64,000 bases of DNA from an uncultured Verrucomicrobiae bacterium. GTDB taxonomy: Bacteria > Verrucomicrobiota > Verrucomicrobiia > Chthoniobacterales > UBA10450. Location: assembly GCA_963735805.1 (NCBI GenBank), contig CAVTMK010000003.1, positions 449,693-513,692 on the forward strand, in the 5' to 3' direction. Below the pieces are notes generated by a model. That model was not told where the DNA came from. It saw only the letters and a program-made list of their open reading frames with translations, and ran no database searches. The translations under genes and the position numbers were made by a program. Below, piece after piece: positions 1 to 11,845 of the stretch (positions within the stretch are counted from its first letter, which is position 1; every line of letters begins with the position of its first letter).

Positions 1-28
1 AAAGCTTTGGCAGGAAGGCGAAGGCGCA

Positions 29-988
29 ATGACTCGTGCGTCACTGGTCAATCTGGCCGTTTACAGTGAAGAGACCGGTTCACTGAACAAGAACACGCAG
101 TTGATGGCAAACATTACTGAGAACCACGCCTGTCGCGCTATCGTCATCGAAGCGGATTGCAATGCAAAAGAAAACCGTGTGGAAGCCTGGATCAGTGCGC
201 ATTGTCACGTCGCCGGAGCCGGAAGCAAGCAGGTTTGCTCGGAACAAATTTCATTCCTGCTCAAAGGCGGTTGTACGACGTTATTGCCAAGCATAGTTTT
301 CTCCCATTTGGATTCCGATCTGCCGTTCTACCTGTGGTGGCAGGAAGAATTGCGTGAGCCGATGGATTCTCAACTTTGGGCGTGGGTGGATCGAGTTATC
401 TATGATAGTCAGGGCTGGGAAGATTTTCGCGCGCAAATGCGTCTGTTAGAATCCGCGGAACAGGAAGCCAATCAGCGCATTGTCTTTTGCGATTTGAATT
501 GGACACGCCTGGATAATGTCCGCTTTGCGTTGGCGCAATTCTTCGATCATCCCGCCTCGCATCATCATTTTGCCAAGATCAACAAGGCGCGAATTGATTT
601 CGCATCCGGCTTCCGATCAACAGCTGTCCTTTTTGCCGGTTGGCTTGCGTCGCAATTAAGCTGGCAGAGTGAAAAGACAGAAGCCGCAAACAAGCTTCGA
701 TTCGATAGGCCCTCCGGTGGAAGGATCGACGTGGAACTGCGCGAACGAAACGGAGAACCGATTGGTGAAGTCTCCGTGGAAACACCTGAGGTCGAATTCC
801 TGGTGACTCACGCCAAATGCGGCGATCTCCTGGAAGTCTCACGCGGGAAACCGGGCGAAGAGCGCATGCCACAATTAATGCCCGCAGGAAAAAACGATCT
901 GGTGAGTCTGATGAACGAAGAACTGATGCGCGGCGGACCGCATCACGTCTACCTGCACGCAGTCAATCGAGTTCGCGATTTACTGTAG
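29..988 (+). CDS. opcA: Glucose-6-phosphate dehydrogenase assembly protein OpcA (true start may lie upstream of the window)
   Basis: MTRASLVNLAVY start, HACRAIVI, SEQI, DLPFYLWWQ, DRVIYDS and DLNWTRL motifs typical of OpcA. Confidence 0.8.
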   Translation: MTRASLVNLAVYSEETGSLNKNTQLMANITENHACRAIVIEADCNAKENRVEAWISAHCHVAGAGSKQVCSEQISFLLKGGCTTLLPSIVFSHLDSDLPFYLWWQEELREPMDSQLWAWVDRVIYDSQGWEDFRAQMRLLESAEQEANQRIVFCDLNWTRLDNVRFALAQFFDHPASHHHFAKINKARIDFASGFRSTAVLFAGWLASQLSWQSEKTEAANKLRFDRPSGGRIDVELRERNGEPIGEVSVETPEVEFLVTHAKCGDLLEVSRGKPGEERMPQLMPAGKNDLVSLMNEELMRGGPHHVYLHAVNRVRDLL

Positions 989-1051
989 CCACCATCCTGT
1001 GGGCGCTTTTCGCTGGCATCAAGTCCGACAGGCCATAGGCCCGTTGCTACA
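984..1051. repeat. TGTAGC...GCTACA palindromic REP-like element
   Basis: TGTAGCCACC at 984 and CCGTTGCTACA ending at 1051; its TAG is the opcA stop codon. Confidence 0.6.
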
Positions 1052-1062
1052 AGGCTCGGCGC

Positions 1063-2250
1063 TCATGGAGTGTCGCTACAGATCAGCGCGCACAAGTCGC
1101 AGACGTTCTTCTCAATCGAAAAGAGATTTTGCGCGCGCTCATAACCAGCCTGGCCCAGTTTTTGCCCTAACGACCGGTCGTTAGTTACCTTTTCAATCGC
1201 TCCAGCGAGCATCGCTGCATCGTCCGGTTGCACCAGAAAGCCAGTTTCATTCTCAACAACCATCTCTGGAATGCCGCCAACCTTGGTTGAAACAACTGGC
1301 AATCTCGTCGCCATCGCTTCCATGATAACGGTAGGCAAATTGTCCATACCACCCTCAGCCTCGGATACACTGGGTAGCACAAAAACGTTCGCATTAGCAA
1401 GGAGCGCTCTTATCTCATGTTGCGGCTTGGGACCAGGTAAGTGAACACGTTCCTGCAAATCAAGCTCGACGATCTGCTCGCGCAGGGTCTTTTCCAGCGG
1501 ACCTTCGCCGAATATCTCGCACCGAAACGGTCTTTCACGTTCAGCGAGCAGTGCGCAGGCGCGGATCAAATTGGCAAAGCCTTTTTTTGCGATCAACCGA
1601 CCAATCGCCACAATTATGGGCGGATCACCAGAGAAATTCGCGTGGCCGAATTCGCCAAGATTCAGTCCATTGTAGATGCGATGGATTCGATCGGCCTGTC
1701 CGGGGAACCGTTCTCGCAGAAACTTCTCCGAATAATCGGTTTCCGTAACAATTACCCGCGCTGCGCTGATAAGTTTGTCCAGGCCAATCTCGAAATTCCG
1801 TGGCGCAAAAATGTCGTTAGCATGAGCAGTGAAGCTAAAGGTGATTGGAAAAAATTTCGCAATCCAGAAAGCGGTGCGCGCCGCCATGCCAGCGAAATGC
1901 GCGTGGACATGGCTGATCCCCGCCTTTTGCAGGCGCAACCCGACATAAACAGCCTGGTAAAGGCGAAGAAAATCAGTTCGCCGGCCCCACTCATCAAGAG
2001 CGGAGATAATTTCTGGTTTTCCTTTTTCCAAAGCCCGACGGACGTCATCCAGCAGCTCTTTCTCTTCAGGCAGATAATGCACACGCTTTACGATGAGCGA
2101 GTCCCAATCCTGTGCTGGTTCGTCTTTCGGATTCCGGATTGAGAAAATTGGCGCCGCAACGCCTTGTCGATAAAACTCTGCGACCTCGCGATAGCAAAAT
2201 GTTTGTCCGAACGAGGGAAACCGCTCAAACAGATAAGCGAATGGAGCCAT
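1063..2250 (-). CDS. Glycosyltransferase family 4 (GT-B, WcaL-like)
   Basis: HVHAHF, GRLIAKKG, DNLPTVIMEAMA and GGIPEMV motifs. Confidence 0.9.
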   Translation of the reverse strand: MAPFAYLFERFPSFGQTFCYREVAEFYRQGVAAPIFSIRNPKDEPAQDWDSLIVKRVHYLPEEKELLDDVRRALEKGKPEIISALDEWGRRTDFLRLYQAVYVGLRLQKAGISHVHAHFAGMAARTAFWIAKFFPITFSFTAHANDIFAPRNFEIGLDKLISAARVIVTETDYSEKFLRERFPGQADRIHRIYNGLNLGEFGHANFSGDPPIIVAIGRLIAKKGFANLIRACALLAERERPFRCEIFGEGPLEKTLREQIVELDLQERVHLPGPKPQHEIRALLANANVFVLPSVSEAEGGMDNLPTVIMEAMATRLPVVSTKVGGIPEMVVENETGFLVQPDDAAMLAGAIEKVTNDRSLGQKLGQAGYERAQNLFSIEKNVCDLCALICSDTP

Positions 2251-2281
2251 TATCGGAATGATTTGGAAAAGGCGATAGTGA

Positions 2282-2668
2282 CTACTTACTGCCGCGTTTT
2301 ACCGGAATCGGTTTCCCGGACTCATCGACAGCAACAAGAGTAAAGACACCGTGGGTGACGCGATGATCCTCGCCGGTCATGTAACGCGTTACCCATACCT
2401 CTACAGGGATCGTCATCGAGGTTCGCCCAATTCTGTCTACTCTCGCATAACACCTAACCGTGTCCCCCACCCTTACTGGCTGGAGGAACGACATCCCTTC
2501 CATTGCTACCGTAACGACGCGCGCTTGCGCGGTTTTTGCCGCAAGAATTCCGCTGCCGAGGTCCATTTGCGAGGTTAACCATCCGCCGAAAATGTCTCCA
2601 TTCGGATTAGTGTCCTTCGGCATGGCAATCGTCTGAATAACAAGCTCACCTCTGGGTTGCTCGGACAT
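2282..2668 (-). CDS. Acyl-CoA thioesterase (hotdog fold, YciA-like)
   Basis: MPKDTNPNGDIFGGW, FLQPVRVGD, GRTSM. Confidence 0.9.
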   Translation of the reverse strand: MSEQPRGELVIQTIAMPKDTNPNGDIFGGWLTSQMDLGSGILAAKTAQARVVTVAMEGMSFLQPVRVGDTVRCYARVDRIGRTSMTIPVEVWVTRYMTGEDHRVTHGVFTLVAVDESGKPIPVKRGSK

Positions 2669-2704
2669 TTGGCGGATAATAGCACAATCTGCCTTGTCGC
2701 AAGG

Positions 2705-3685
2705 TTACAGGATCAGCATGCAATCGCCATAGCTGTAAAAACGGTAACCTTCGCGAATTGCCTCTTGATAGGCCTTTAGGAGAAATTCGCGACCGGCAAA
2801 CGCGCTTACCAGCATGAGCAAAGTCGATCGCGGCAAATGAAAATTCGTCAACAGAACATCGACTCCTCGAAATCGATGTGGCGGATAAATGAAAATATCC
2901 GTGGAACTTTCCTGGGCGATCAGCTTTCCATCTTCTCGCCTCGCCGATTCTAAAACGCGCACCACGGTCGTACCCACGGCAACAATTCGCTTGGCGCTGT
3001 TGATCCTTACGGCCGCGGCGGCTGAGATGGAAAAGCTTTCGGCATGCATCTGATGCTCAGCGACGTTCTCGGAGCGTACCGGCAAAAATGTGCCGGTTCC
3101 AACATGCAACGTCACGAACGTGTGCGTGATCTCGCCTAAAATCTCTGGGGTGAAATGAAGACCGGCAGTCGGAGCTGCGAGGGCACCGGGCGTTTGCGCA
3201 AAGATGGTTTGGTAGCGCGTTGTATCCTCCGCGTCGCTGTCGCGTTTTATATAGGGAGGCAAAGGCATCGATCCGCCGGAATGGAGATCAAGATCTTCGC
3301 TTAACACCACGATGCGCTCACCCTCGGGTGTGGTCGTCTCTACGTGTAACATCGCATTATCAACAATCGTGGTAGCGCCGACGCGCATTTTGCGTCCCGG
3401 ATTCACCAGACACTTCCAACGCCTGGGGCCAAGGCGTTCCAGAAACAAAAACTCAACAGCGCCGTCGTCAGAAAACCGCCGCGCGGGCAGCACTTGTGTA
3501 TCGTTCAAAACAAGAAGGTCTCCGGACCGCAAAAATGTTTTCAGTTCGCGGAATTGCCGGTGCTCGATCGTTTGTCCGTCCCGATGCAGCACCATCATTC
3601 GAGAATCGCCCCGGCATTCTGGCGGCCGCTGGGCGATCAACTCCCGTGGCAAATCGTAAGCGTAATCGCTCAGCCGCGCGCTCAT
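2705..3685 (-). CDS. queA: S-adenosylmethionine:tRNA ribosyltransferase-isomerase
   Basis: YDLPRELIAQ, PLPPYI, AAPTAGLHF, TNFHLPRST, FYSYGD; ATG at 3685. Confidence 0.95.
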   Translation of the reverse strand: MSARLSDYAYDLPRELIAQRPPECRGDSRMMVLHRDGQTIEHRQFRELKTFLRSGDLLVLNDTQVLPARRFSDDGAVEFLFLERLGPRRWKCLVNPGRKMRVGATTIVDNAMLHVETTTPEGERIVVLSEDLDLHSGGSMPLPPYIKRDSDAEDTTRYQTIFAQTPGALAAPTAGLHFTPEILGEITHTFVTLHVGTGTFLPVRSENVAEHQMHAESFSISAAAAVRINSAKRIVAVGTTVVRVLESARREDGKLIAQESSTDIFIYPPHRFRGVDVLLTNFHLPRSTLLMLVSAFAGREFLLKAYQEAIREGYRFYSYGDCMLIL

Positions 3686-3837
3686 GTGATGACCTGAAGT
3701 TACCGTAGCGCTCAATCCTTTGCACAAGAGAGTGCGCGCGACGTCTTTCGTTCGGTTTCAGACGAACCTTGTCGCGATCACAGCCGTCTCCATAGTTTCG
3801 CTTTTTTTCGCTCGTAAGGGGGCGCATATTCCCTCCG

Positions 3838-4830
3838 ATGGACTTAACGAACCGCGACGCGGTTGACGAACTGCTTCAGACGTACGGAGAAACAGGCGGC
3901 ATCAATTATCTTGACGCCGCCGCCATGCTTCCGTCTCGCCTGGCAATCGAAGCGGCGTGTGCCGAATTGCTGAGCCTGATGTTTCCCGGCTTTCGCAGCG
4001 AAGCGCTGGTAAGTTCGGAAGATCTGGCTGACAGAACCCGCGTTCGCATAAGAAACTTGCACGCGCGATTGAAGACGGAAATTTGTCGGAGCCTCGGCAA
4101 AATCCCGGCTGATAACGCTACTGAAACCAAAGCAGAAGAGGTCTTGAGCACGTTCTTGAAGCAGTTGCCCTCGGTGCGGAGGATGCTTTGGACCGATATT
4201 GACGCCGCATACGAAGGGGATCCTGCGGCGAGGAGTTACGAGGAAATCATTCTCGCTTATCCCGCACTGGAGGCGATTGCCATTTATCGAATGGCGCACT
4301 TGCTGTACGATAGAGTTCCTCTCATTCCGCGGATCATGACCGAATGGGCGCATAGCCGCACTGGGATCGATATTCATCCTGGAGCAGAAATCGGATCACA
4401 CTTTTTCATCGATCACGGCACAGGCGTTGTCGTTGGCGAGACCACCAAGATCGGATCGCACGTGAAACTTTATCAAGGCGTGTCGTTCATCGCGCGCTCA
4501 CTCGGGGCAGGGCGAGCATTGTACGGAAAAAAACGCCACCCGACGATCGAAGACGGCGTTTGTATTTATGCCGGAACCACTATCATGGGTGGCGACACGG
4601 TCATTGGCGCCAATTCCACCATCGGCGCCAATGTTTTTCTGACAAAGAGCGTTCCGCCGAACTCGCTGGTCTATTACGAGGAGAAGGAAGTTGCCATTGT
4701 GCAAAAGCGAAAGAAGACGGTTACGACGGCACCCGATGAGGCGCGAATGAATATGCGCGCACCTCACAAAGACGCCGCTCCGGCACCAACGAACAAGGGT
4801 AAGAACAAGAATAAGATTAAAAGTCGATGA
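3838..4830 (+). CDS. cysE: Serine O-acetyltransferase (EpsC/CysE type)
   Basis: GDPAA, TGIDIHPGA, FFIDHGTGVVVGET, KRHPT. Confidence 0.9.
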   Translation: MDLTNRDAVDELLQTYGETGGINYLDAAAMLPSRLAIEAACAELLSLMFPGFRSEALVSSEDLADRTRVRIRNLHARLKTEICRSLGKIPADNATETKAEEVLSTFLKQLPSVRRMLWTDIDAAYEGDPAARSYEEIILAYPALEAIAIYRMAHLLYDRVPLIPRIMTEWAHSRTGIDIHPGAEIGSHFFIDHGTGVVVGETTKIGSHVKLYQGVSFIARSLGAGRALYGKKRHPTIEDGVCIYAGTTIMGGDTVIGANSTIGANVFLTKSVPPNSLVYYEEKEVAIVQKRKKTVTTAPDEARMNMRAPHKDAAPAPTNKGKNKNKIKSR

Positions 4831-5981
4831 TCTACCTCGATTACAATGCAACAACGCCGCTTTGCGACGTGGCGCGCGAGGCGATGCTGCCGTACCTGGA
4901 TCAGCATTTCGGTAATCCGTCGAGCGTACACGCAGCCGGGCGAGAGACGCGCGCGGCTATCGATAACGCGCGCGACAAACTGGCCGCATTGCTAGGCGTT
5001 AAACCGAACGAAATTGTTTTCACCAGCGGCGGAACCGAATCATGCAACCTCGCCGTGTTCGGCCTGGCGCGTTGTCGCATGCAAGGCGGCGGTCATGTGA
5101 TCTCAACCAAGACCGAACATCACGCTGTACTAAACGCGATCGAACACTTGGAAAAGCATGAAGGTTTCGAAGTAAGCTGGCTGAATGTTTCGCGTGCTGG
5201 GATCATCGATGTCGATCAACTTGCCGGTGCGATTCGGCCGGAAACCAGACTCGTTTCGATCATGACCGCCAACAACGAGACCGGCGTGATTCAACCAATG
5301 CGCGACATTTCGCGGATTTGCCGTGAGCGCGGCGTTCTGCTGCACAGCGACATGGTCCAGTCGTTCGGCAAGATCGATACCGACCTCTCGCTGGTCGATG
5401 CCGCCAGTTTCGCTGCGCACAAGTTTTACGGACCAAAAGGCATTGGATTTCTTTTCCTGCGAAGTGGTCTTTCGATCCAGCCGATTATGTTCGGCGGCGC
5501 GCACGAGAACGAGCGACGCCCCGGAACAGAAAATGTCGCTGCAATTGTGGGAATGGCGGCGGCGGCCGAATGGACGTTGGGTGGTTGGGAACAAGAACAA
5601 GAGCGTGAAGGACGACTGCGTAAAGAACTTTGGACGCGAATTTCTGAGGACGTGCCGGATGCAAAACAGAACGGCGCGAAGGCGCCGCGGCTGGCAAACA
5701 CACTGAACGTGAGCCTTCTGGGCATCGATTCTGAAATGTTACTCATCGCGCTCGACTTGGAAGGCGTCTGTGCCTCTAGCGGCTCCGCGTGCATGGTAGG
5801 ATCAGTCGTTGCGTCGCATGTTTTGCTTGCCATGGGTCTGCCTATGGAACGCGCGCGCTCCGCAGTTCGATTTTCACTCGGCAAATGGACAACGGCCGAC
5901 GAAATCAAGGCGGCTGGAGACGCGGTGCGAAAAATTGTTGATCGCCTGAATACGCGAAAGAGCGCGTATGCCGTTGCTTAG
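4827..5981 (+). CDS. iscS: Cysteine desulfurase (IscS/NifS family)
   Basis: IYLDYNATTP, FTSGGTES, HKFYGPKG, SSGSAC. Confidence 0.9.
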   Translation: MIYLDYNATTPLCDVAREAMLPYLDQHFGNPSSVHAAGRETRAAIDNARDKLAALLGVKPNEIVFTSGGTESCNLAVFGLARCRMQGGGHVISTKTEHHAVLNAIEHLEKHEGFEVSWLNVSRAGIIDVDQLAGAIRPETRLVSIMTANNETGVIQPMRDISRICRERGVLLHSDMVQSFGKIDTDLSLVDAASFAAHKFYGPKGIGFLFLRSGLSIQPIMFGGAHENERRPGTENVAAIVGMAAAAEWTLGGWEQEQEREGRLRKELWTRISEDVPDAKQNGAKAPRLANTLNVSLLGIDSEMLLIALDLEGVCASSGSACMVGSVVASHVLLAMGLPMERARSAVRFSLGKWTTADEIKAAGDAVRKIVDRLNTRKSAYAVA

Positions 5982-6588
5982 GCAGCTCGAATTTGCCTTT
6001 CGTACTGCAGCCCGGATCGCTGATCCCGGCCGCTTCGGTGCACCTCAAGATACCGGGGTCACCGCCTCCGGCTACAACAACGCCAAACCAAATCTGAATC
6101 TCGAAGAAACAGCGCGCCAGTTGTTAGGTTCACTCGGCGCAGCAAGAATCGCGAACGAGCTCCGGGTCGAATGGAATTCACGTCTTAAAACAGCCGCTGG
6201 TCGCGCTGATTATCGCGTGAAACTGATTTCGTTAAATCCGCGTCTAGTCGAGCATCCGGCCGAAATCGATCGGACGTTGCGACATGAGCTGGCGCATATT
6301 CTCGCGCAATTTCGCGCCGGTCGACGAAGGATTTCACCTCACGGCGTCGAATGGCAGCGGGCCTGTGTGGACTTGGGAATCGCCAACGAGAAGCGTTGTC
6401 ACAATCTTCCGTTCCCTGCGCGGACTTACGCCACGCGATTCATCTATCGCTGTCCGAATTGCCGTAAGGAGTTTCCGCGAGTCCGTCGCGTGCGCCGCGT
6501 AATCGCCTGTCTTGCCTGTTGCCACAAACACAACGGCGGCGACTTCGACCTGCGGTTTCGGTTACGACTCTGTAGCCGGGATCGCTGA
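5968..6588 (+). CDS. SprT-family zinc metalloprotease
   Basis: WNSRLKTAAGRA, HELAH, HGVEW, CPNC...CLAC zinc ribbon. Confidence 0.85.
   Translation: MPLLRQLEFAFRTAARIADPGRFGAPQDTGVTASGYNNAKPNLNLEETARQLLGSLGAARIANELRVEWNSRLKTAAGRADYRVKLISLNPRLVEHPAEIDRTLRHELAHILAQFRAGRRRISPHGVEWQRACVDLGIANEKRCHNLPFPARTYATRFIYRCPNCRKEFPRVRRVRRVIACLACCHKHNGGDFDLRFRLRLCSRDR
6005..6076. repeat. REP-like palindromic element inside the SprT CDS
   Basis: CTGCAGCCCGGATCGCTGATCCCGGC...CCGGGGTCACCGCCTCCGGCTACA, a diverged copy of 6570-6643. Confidence 0.75.
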
Positions 6589-6643
6589 TCCCCGCCGGCT
6601 TCACCGACTCCGATGATGCCGGGGTCACCGACCCCGGCTACAG
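6570..6643. repeat. REP-like palindromic element overlapping the SprT 3' end
   Basis: CTGTAGCCGGGATCGCTGATCCCCGC...GCCGGGGTCACCGACCCCGGCTACAG inverted arms. Confidence 0.8.
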
Positions 6644-6649
6644 CGGAAG

Positions 6650-7158
6650 CAACTTCGCGCTTGTCATGTCGAGCGAAGTCGCGACGTGCAGCGCATCTGG
6701 TTAGCTCTTTTCCGGCAGCAAATGGATAACCTGATGGTTGACCGACCGCCGTGCCATCTGGCGCCGTCAGATAGATCCTGCCATGCGAATCGAGTCTAAC
6801 GAATGCATTTCGGCTTTCGAATGGGCCGCGCTGCCATGACTTCCACGGAATGCGGGTGAAGAACCTCTGAAGGTACCGCCATGTTCTACCATGCGCAGCG
6901 ATGGTCAGGCTCCCCCAATGCTGGCCGATCACAAGAACAAGGCCGAATTGTGTGGACGAGTATGCCACGACAGAGACGCTTCCATTGCGCGTCGCCACGA
7001 CGATGGTGGCGCCAGTGTCGTTGTATAGGTGGATTAGTGAGGCAGGACCGCAGGAATGAAACAGCAGAACAAATCCGAATACCCCTGCTAGTCCAACCCA
7101 CGAATAAGTCCAACGAGAATTAAACGAAAACCGCCAACCAAAGTGAACACTTCTTCAT
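6650..7158 (-). pseudogene. Possible frameshifted hypothetical exported/membrane protein
   Basis: ATG at 7158 right after the prfB stop gives MKKCSLWLAVFV*; a second frame continues VGLAGVFGFVLL...LYNDTGATIVVATRNG; boundaries uncertain. Confidence 0.3.
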
Positions 7159-7160
7159 CC

Positions 7161-8304
7161 TTAGATTTCGTTTTCGCCTCGGTCACCTTTCGCTGCTTTC
7201 TCGCCGCGCAATTTCGCCTGTATGAACCTGTCGATGTCACCGTCCATCACGGCTTGCACATTGCTCGTTTCCGCCCCAGTGCGGTGATCCTTCACCATTT
7301 GATAAGGTTGAAAGACGTAGGAGCGAATCTGACTGCCCCAGGCAATGTCGCCTTTTTCTCCATATTGCCGATCGATTTCTGCGCGCTTCTTGTCCTGTTC
7401 GATTTCGTAAAGCTTCGCCTTCAACATTTTCATCGCCAGCTCGCGGTTGCGTCCCTGACTGCGCTCGGCCTGACAGGCGACAACGATTCCGCTCGGTTTG
7501 TGCAAAATCCGCACCGCCGTTTCGACTTTGTTGACGTTCTGTCCGCCTTTGCCGCCACTGCGAAACGTATCGATCTCAAGATCAGCCGGATTAACTTCTA
7601 TTGGAGCGGTATCAGCAATTTCAGGAACAACGTCGACACTCGCGAATGAAGTGTGACGTCGTTTGTTTGCATCGAACGGTGAAATACGCACGAGCCGGTG
7701 CACGCCACGTTCGGCCTGAAGATGCCCGTACGCATACTCGCCGGTCACCAGCAAAGTGACCGATTTGATGCCCACTTCTTCACCCTGTTGAATGTCGACG
7801 GTCTGGGCTTTGAAACCGCTTCGCTCGATCCAGCGCTGGTACATCCGGAGCAACATATCGGCCCAATCGCAAGATTCGGTGCCGCCGGCTCCGGAGTGAA
7901 TGGTGACAAACGCGTTCGCGCGATCGTTTTCACCTGAAAGAAATTGGCGCAACTCGAATTCATCCAACGTATGAGCAAGGCGAGCGTGTTCGGTCGCGAC
8001 TTCTTTTTCGGCATTAGCCCGCGCAGTGGGATCGCTTTCTTCCGCCGCTAGCTCGTGTAACGCCCCGAAGTCTTCGATCTCGCGTTCCAGTTCTTGAAAC
8101 GGGTTGATCAGCGAACGCAGTCGCGAAACTTCTTCCACATCGGCCTGAGCGCGCTCGCGATTCGACCAGAAATCGGGCGCAGCCATGCGCCCTTCGATTG
8201 CGGCTAGATCTTTCTGCAGTTTTTCGACGTCAAAGAAACCTCCGCAGCTCGCGGACACGCGATTTCAAATCCTCGGCATCTGGGATGGAGACTTCAGTTG
8301 ACAT
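7161..8304 (-). CDS. prfB: Peptide chain release factor 2 with programmed +1 frameshift
   Basis: SPF and GGQ motifs; ATG at 8304, 24 codons, then CTT-TGA-C (8229-8235) preceded by GGAGG. Confidence 0.95.
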
Positions 8305-8425
8305 AAAGAAGGATACGCGCAGCTGCGCCCACCGCAAAATGTTGTGGCGGTGCTTGTGTCAACCACCGAGTCCAAAACAGGCGCAACGTTAAGCAGGCGC
8401 TTGTGCCAAGCACCTGTTTTATCTC

Positions 8426-8791
8426 TTATTTGCGCGTAGAACTGCCAGATTTCGGCTTTGCAGCACGCGCCGCCTCGAGACGGAAAATTGTCTCGCCTTC
8501 TTTCATCAGGTCGAGACGATCGCGCGCAACCGTTTCCAGATAGGTTGAGTCAGTGTTGAGCAAATTGATCTCGCGCGTCTGATGGGCGAGCAGGTTCTGT
8601 TGCTCGTTTACCTGCTGTTGCAGATTGTCGATTTCCGCGCGGCTCTGCATTAGTTTCTTGTACGGCGGAACGAACAGGCTCACTATTATCAGCCAGATCG
8701 CCAGGACAAGCAGAACCCGGAGAGTTCGGTTCAGTCGCTGCCACACGTTAGCTTGACGGCGCGCGCGGAAGTCGGCGTAAGTCTGATCCAC
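8426..8791 (-). CDS. Septum formation initiator FtsB/DivIC family
   Basis: Single TM helix, coiled coil, YLETVARDRLDLMKEGETIF; directly downstream of eno. Confidence 0.85.
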   Translation of the reverse strand: MDQTYADFRARRQANVWQRLNRTLRVLLVLAIWLIIVSLFVPPYKKLMQSRAEIDNLQQQVNEQQNLLAHQTREINLLNTDSTYLETVARDRLDLMKEGETIFRLEAARAAKPKSGSSTRK

Positions 8792-10213
<1,422 letters not shown>

Positions 10214-10253
10214 TCATATTGGCAATTTCGCCGGGGCACGCTAAATCTGAGCG

Positions 10254-11066
10254 ATGATTCGTTTGGCCAGACTAGGCGCTATTGTGCTAGCGGGCAGCAT
10301 CTCCGTTGCTTCCGGGGAGCAGACCGGGCATATCTCCGCGGACCAGATGGCAAAGGCGGCCATGAGCGACGCGATCAGTATCCCGACGCCCGGTGAACTT
10401 TTCGCGGCGCTTGGAAAGGTGGGCAAAACAAATTGGGCTGGTCAATATCGCGGACCAATCCCAGTAACGTACAGCAATCGCGCGCAGATCGCCCTTAATC
10501 TCGGCGGGTTGATTGCCGACGGCTTTATTGCCGTGGAAGCGAAGGATGGTCAGCAGGTCAAAAATATTGGGGCAGACATCGTCAAACTCGCAAAAGCTCT
10601 GGGGGTCAGCGAAAAGCTGCTTGGTCGCGGCAGTAGCATCAACGAGTTCGCCGAAAACAACGAATGGGACACGCTTCAGGAGGAACTGGAAGCAACGCAG
10701 AATGAAGTAAAATCCTCCATGCAATCGCACGCCGATCAGGACCTGGTGATCCTGGTAACCCTGGGCGGTTGGATTCGAGGTACGCAGGTAGTCACTTCGG
10801 CGATCATTCAGAACTACGACGAACGGAGCGCAAAGGTTCTGCGTCAACCGGCGCTGGTTCATTTCATGCAGTCAAAAATCAACGAAATGTCCCCAGAATT
10901 GCGCGACCAGCTGCTGGTCAAAGATGTCAGCAACGAACTCCCAAAAATTGAAAAGCTGGTTTCCTTTCCTCCAGGCAAGGCACCTAATATTGAAGACGTG
11001 CGCAAGGTTAACCAAGCGGTCAGCAAGGTGATGGAGGAAATAGAAAATAAAGAACCGCCAAAATGA
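10254..11066 (+). CDS. Hypothetical exported helical protein
   Basis: 270-aa ORF with signal-peptide-like N-terminus; overlaps the next start (ATGA). Confidence 0.7.
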   Translation: MIRLARLGAIVLAGSISVASGEQTGHISADQMAKAAMSDAISIPTPGELFAALGKVGKTNWAGQYRGPIPVTYSNRAQIALNLGGLIADGFIAVEAKDGQQVKNIGADIVKLAKALGVSEKLLGRGSSINEFAENNEWDTLQEELEATQNEVKSSMQSHADQDLVILVTLGGWIRGTQVVTSAIIQNYDERSAKVLRQPALVHFMQSKINEMSPELRDQLLVKDVSNELPKIEKLVSFPPGKAPNIEDVRKVNQAVSKVMEEIENKEPPK

Positions 11067-11497
11067 ATCGAGGCTTGCTAATTCCATTGTCCGTTCTTGT
11101 GCTGGCCATCAGCGGGACTGCGCGCGGAGACACGGATGCCGAGGTGCAGGCGCGTAAAGACGCCCTCGATGTTGCCGCGGCATTTTCAAACGACGGTTTC
11201 AAGATCCGGGACGGACATTGGTGCGGGATTGTGAAACCGCACGAGCACTCGTTGATCGCGGTAAATCTCTACGTGGGAAACCAATATTGGTTCTCTGCTG
11301 GCGCTACGGAGCCGGCCAAGAAAATTGCGGTCAGCGTCTATGATGAAACGGGAAAACAGGTGACTGCCGACAATTACGACAATGGAGAAAAAGCCGCGGC
11401 CGGCTTTGCTCCACCAACCAGCGGTCAGTACTTTGTTTCCGTCGACCTCCTCGAAGGCGAGCAGAGCAGCTTTTGCCTCGTTTATTCGTACAAATGA
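11063..11497 (+). CDS. Hypothetical exported beta-sandwich (PPC-like) protein
   Basis: Signal peptide; GNQYWF...VSVYDETGKQV...SGQYFVSV pattern. Confidence 0.65.
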   Translation: MNRGLLIPLSVLVLAISGTARGDTDAEVQARKDALDVAAAFSNDGFKIRDGHWCGIVKPHEHSLIAVNLYVGNQYWFSAGATEPAKKIAVSVYDETGKQVTADNYDNGEKAAAGFAPPTSGQYFVSVDLLEGEQSSFCLVYSYK

Positions 11498-11569
11498 ACC
11501 GATGTCGCGTGTTCGCGCGCGTTGCGTCTGACATCAAGCAGTAAACATCAGCAGCTTCAGGGCAGGCCG

Positions 11570-11845
11570 ATGATTTCGCTCCAGGTTTTCTATGAGGGAA
11601 ATGTTCAGGGCGTTGGGTTTCGTTGGAGCGTGCGTCATGCCGCCAAGGGCTTTGACGTAACCGGATGGGTGCGCAACCTGCCTGATGGGCGCGTAGAACT
11701 TCAGGTCACCGGGGAGGAAGATGAAGTGCGCGCGTTTCTCGACGGCATCGCGCAAGGAGAGCTTCACTCGCTGATTCACAAGCAAATAGAGAACAAGTTA
11801 GAAAAAACGGTTACTGCCCGTGGCTTTGAGATTCGCAATGACTAA
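11570..11845 (+). CDS. acyP: Acylphosphatase
   Basis: GNVQGVGFR and GWVRNLPDGRVE. Confidence 0.9.
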   Translation: MISLQVFYEGNVQGVGFRWSVRHAAKGFDVTGWVRNLPDGRVELQVTGEEDEVRAFLDGIAQGELHSLIHKQIENKLEKTVTARGFEIRND

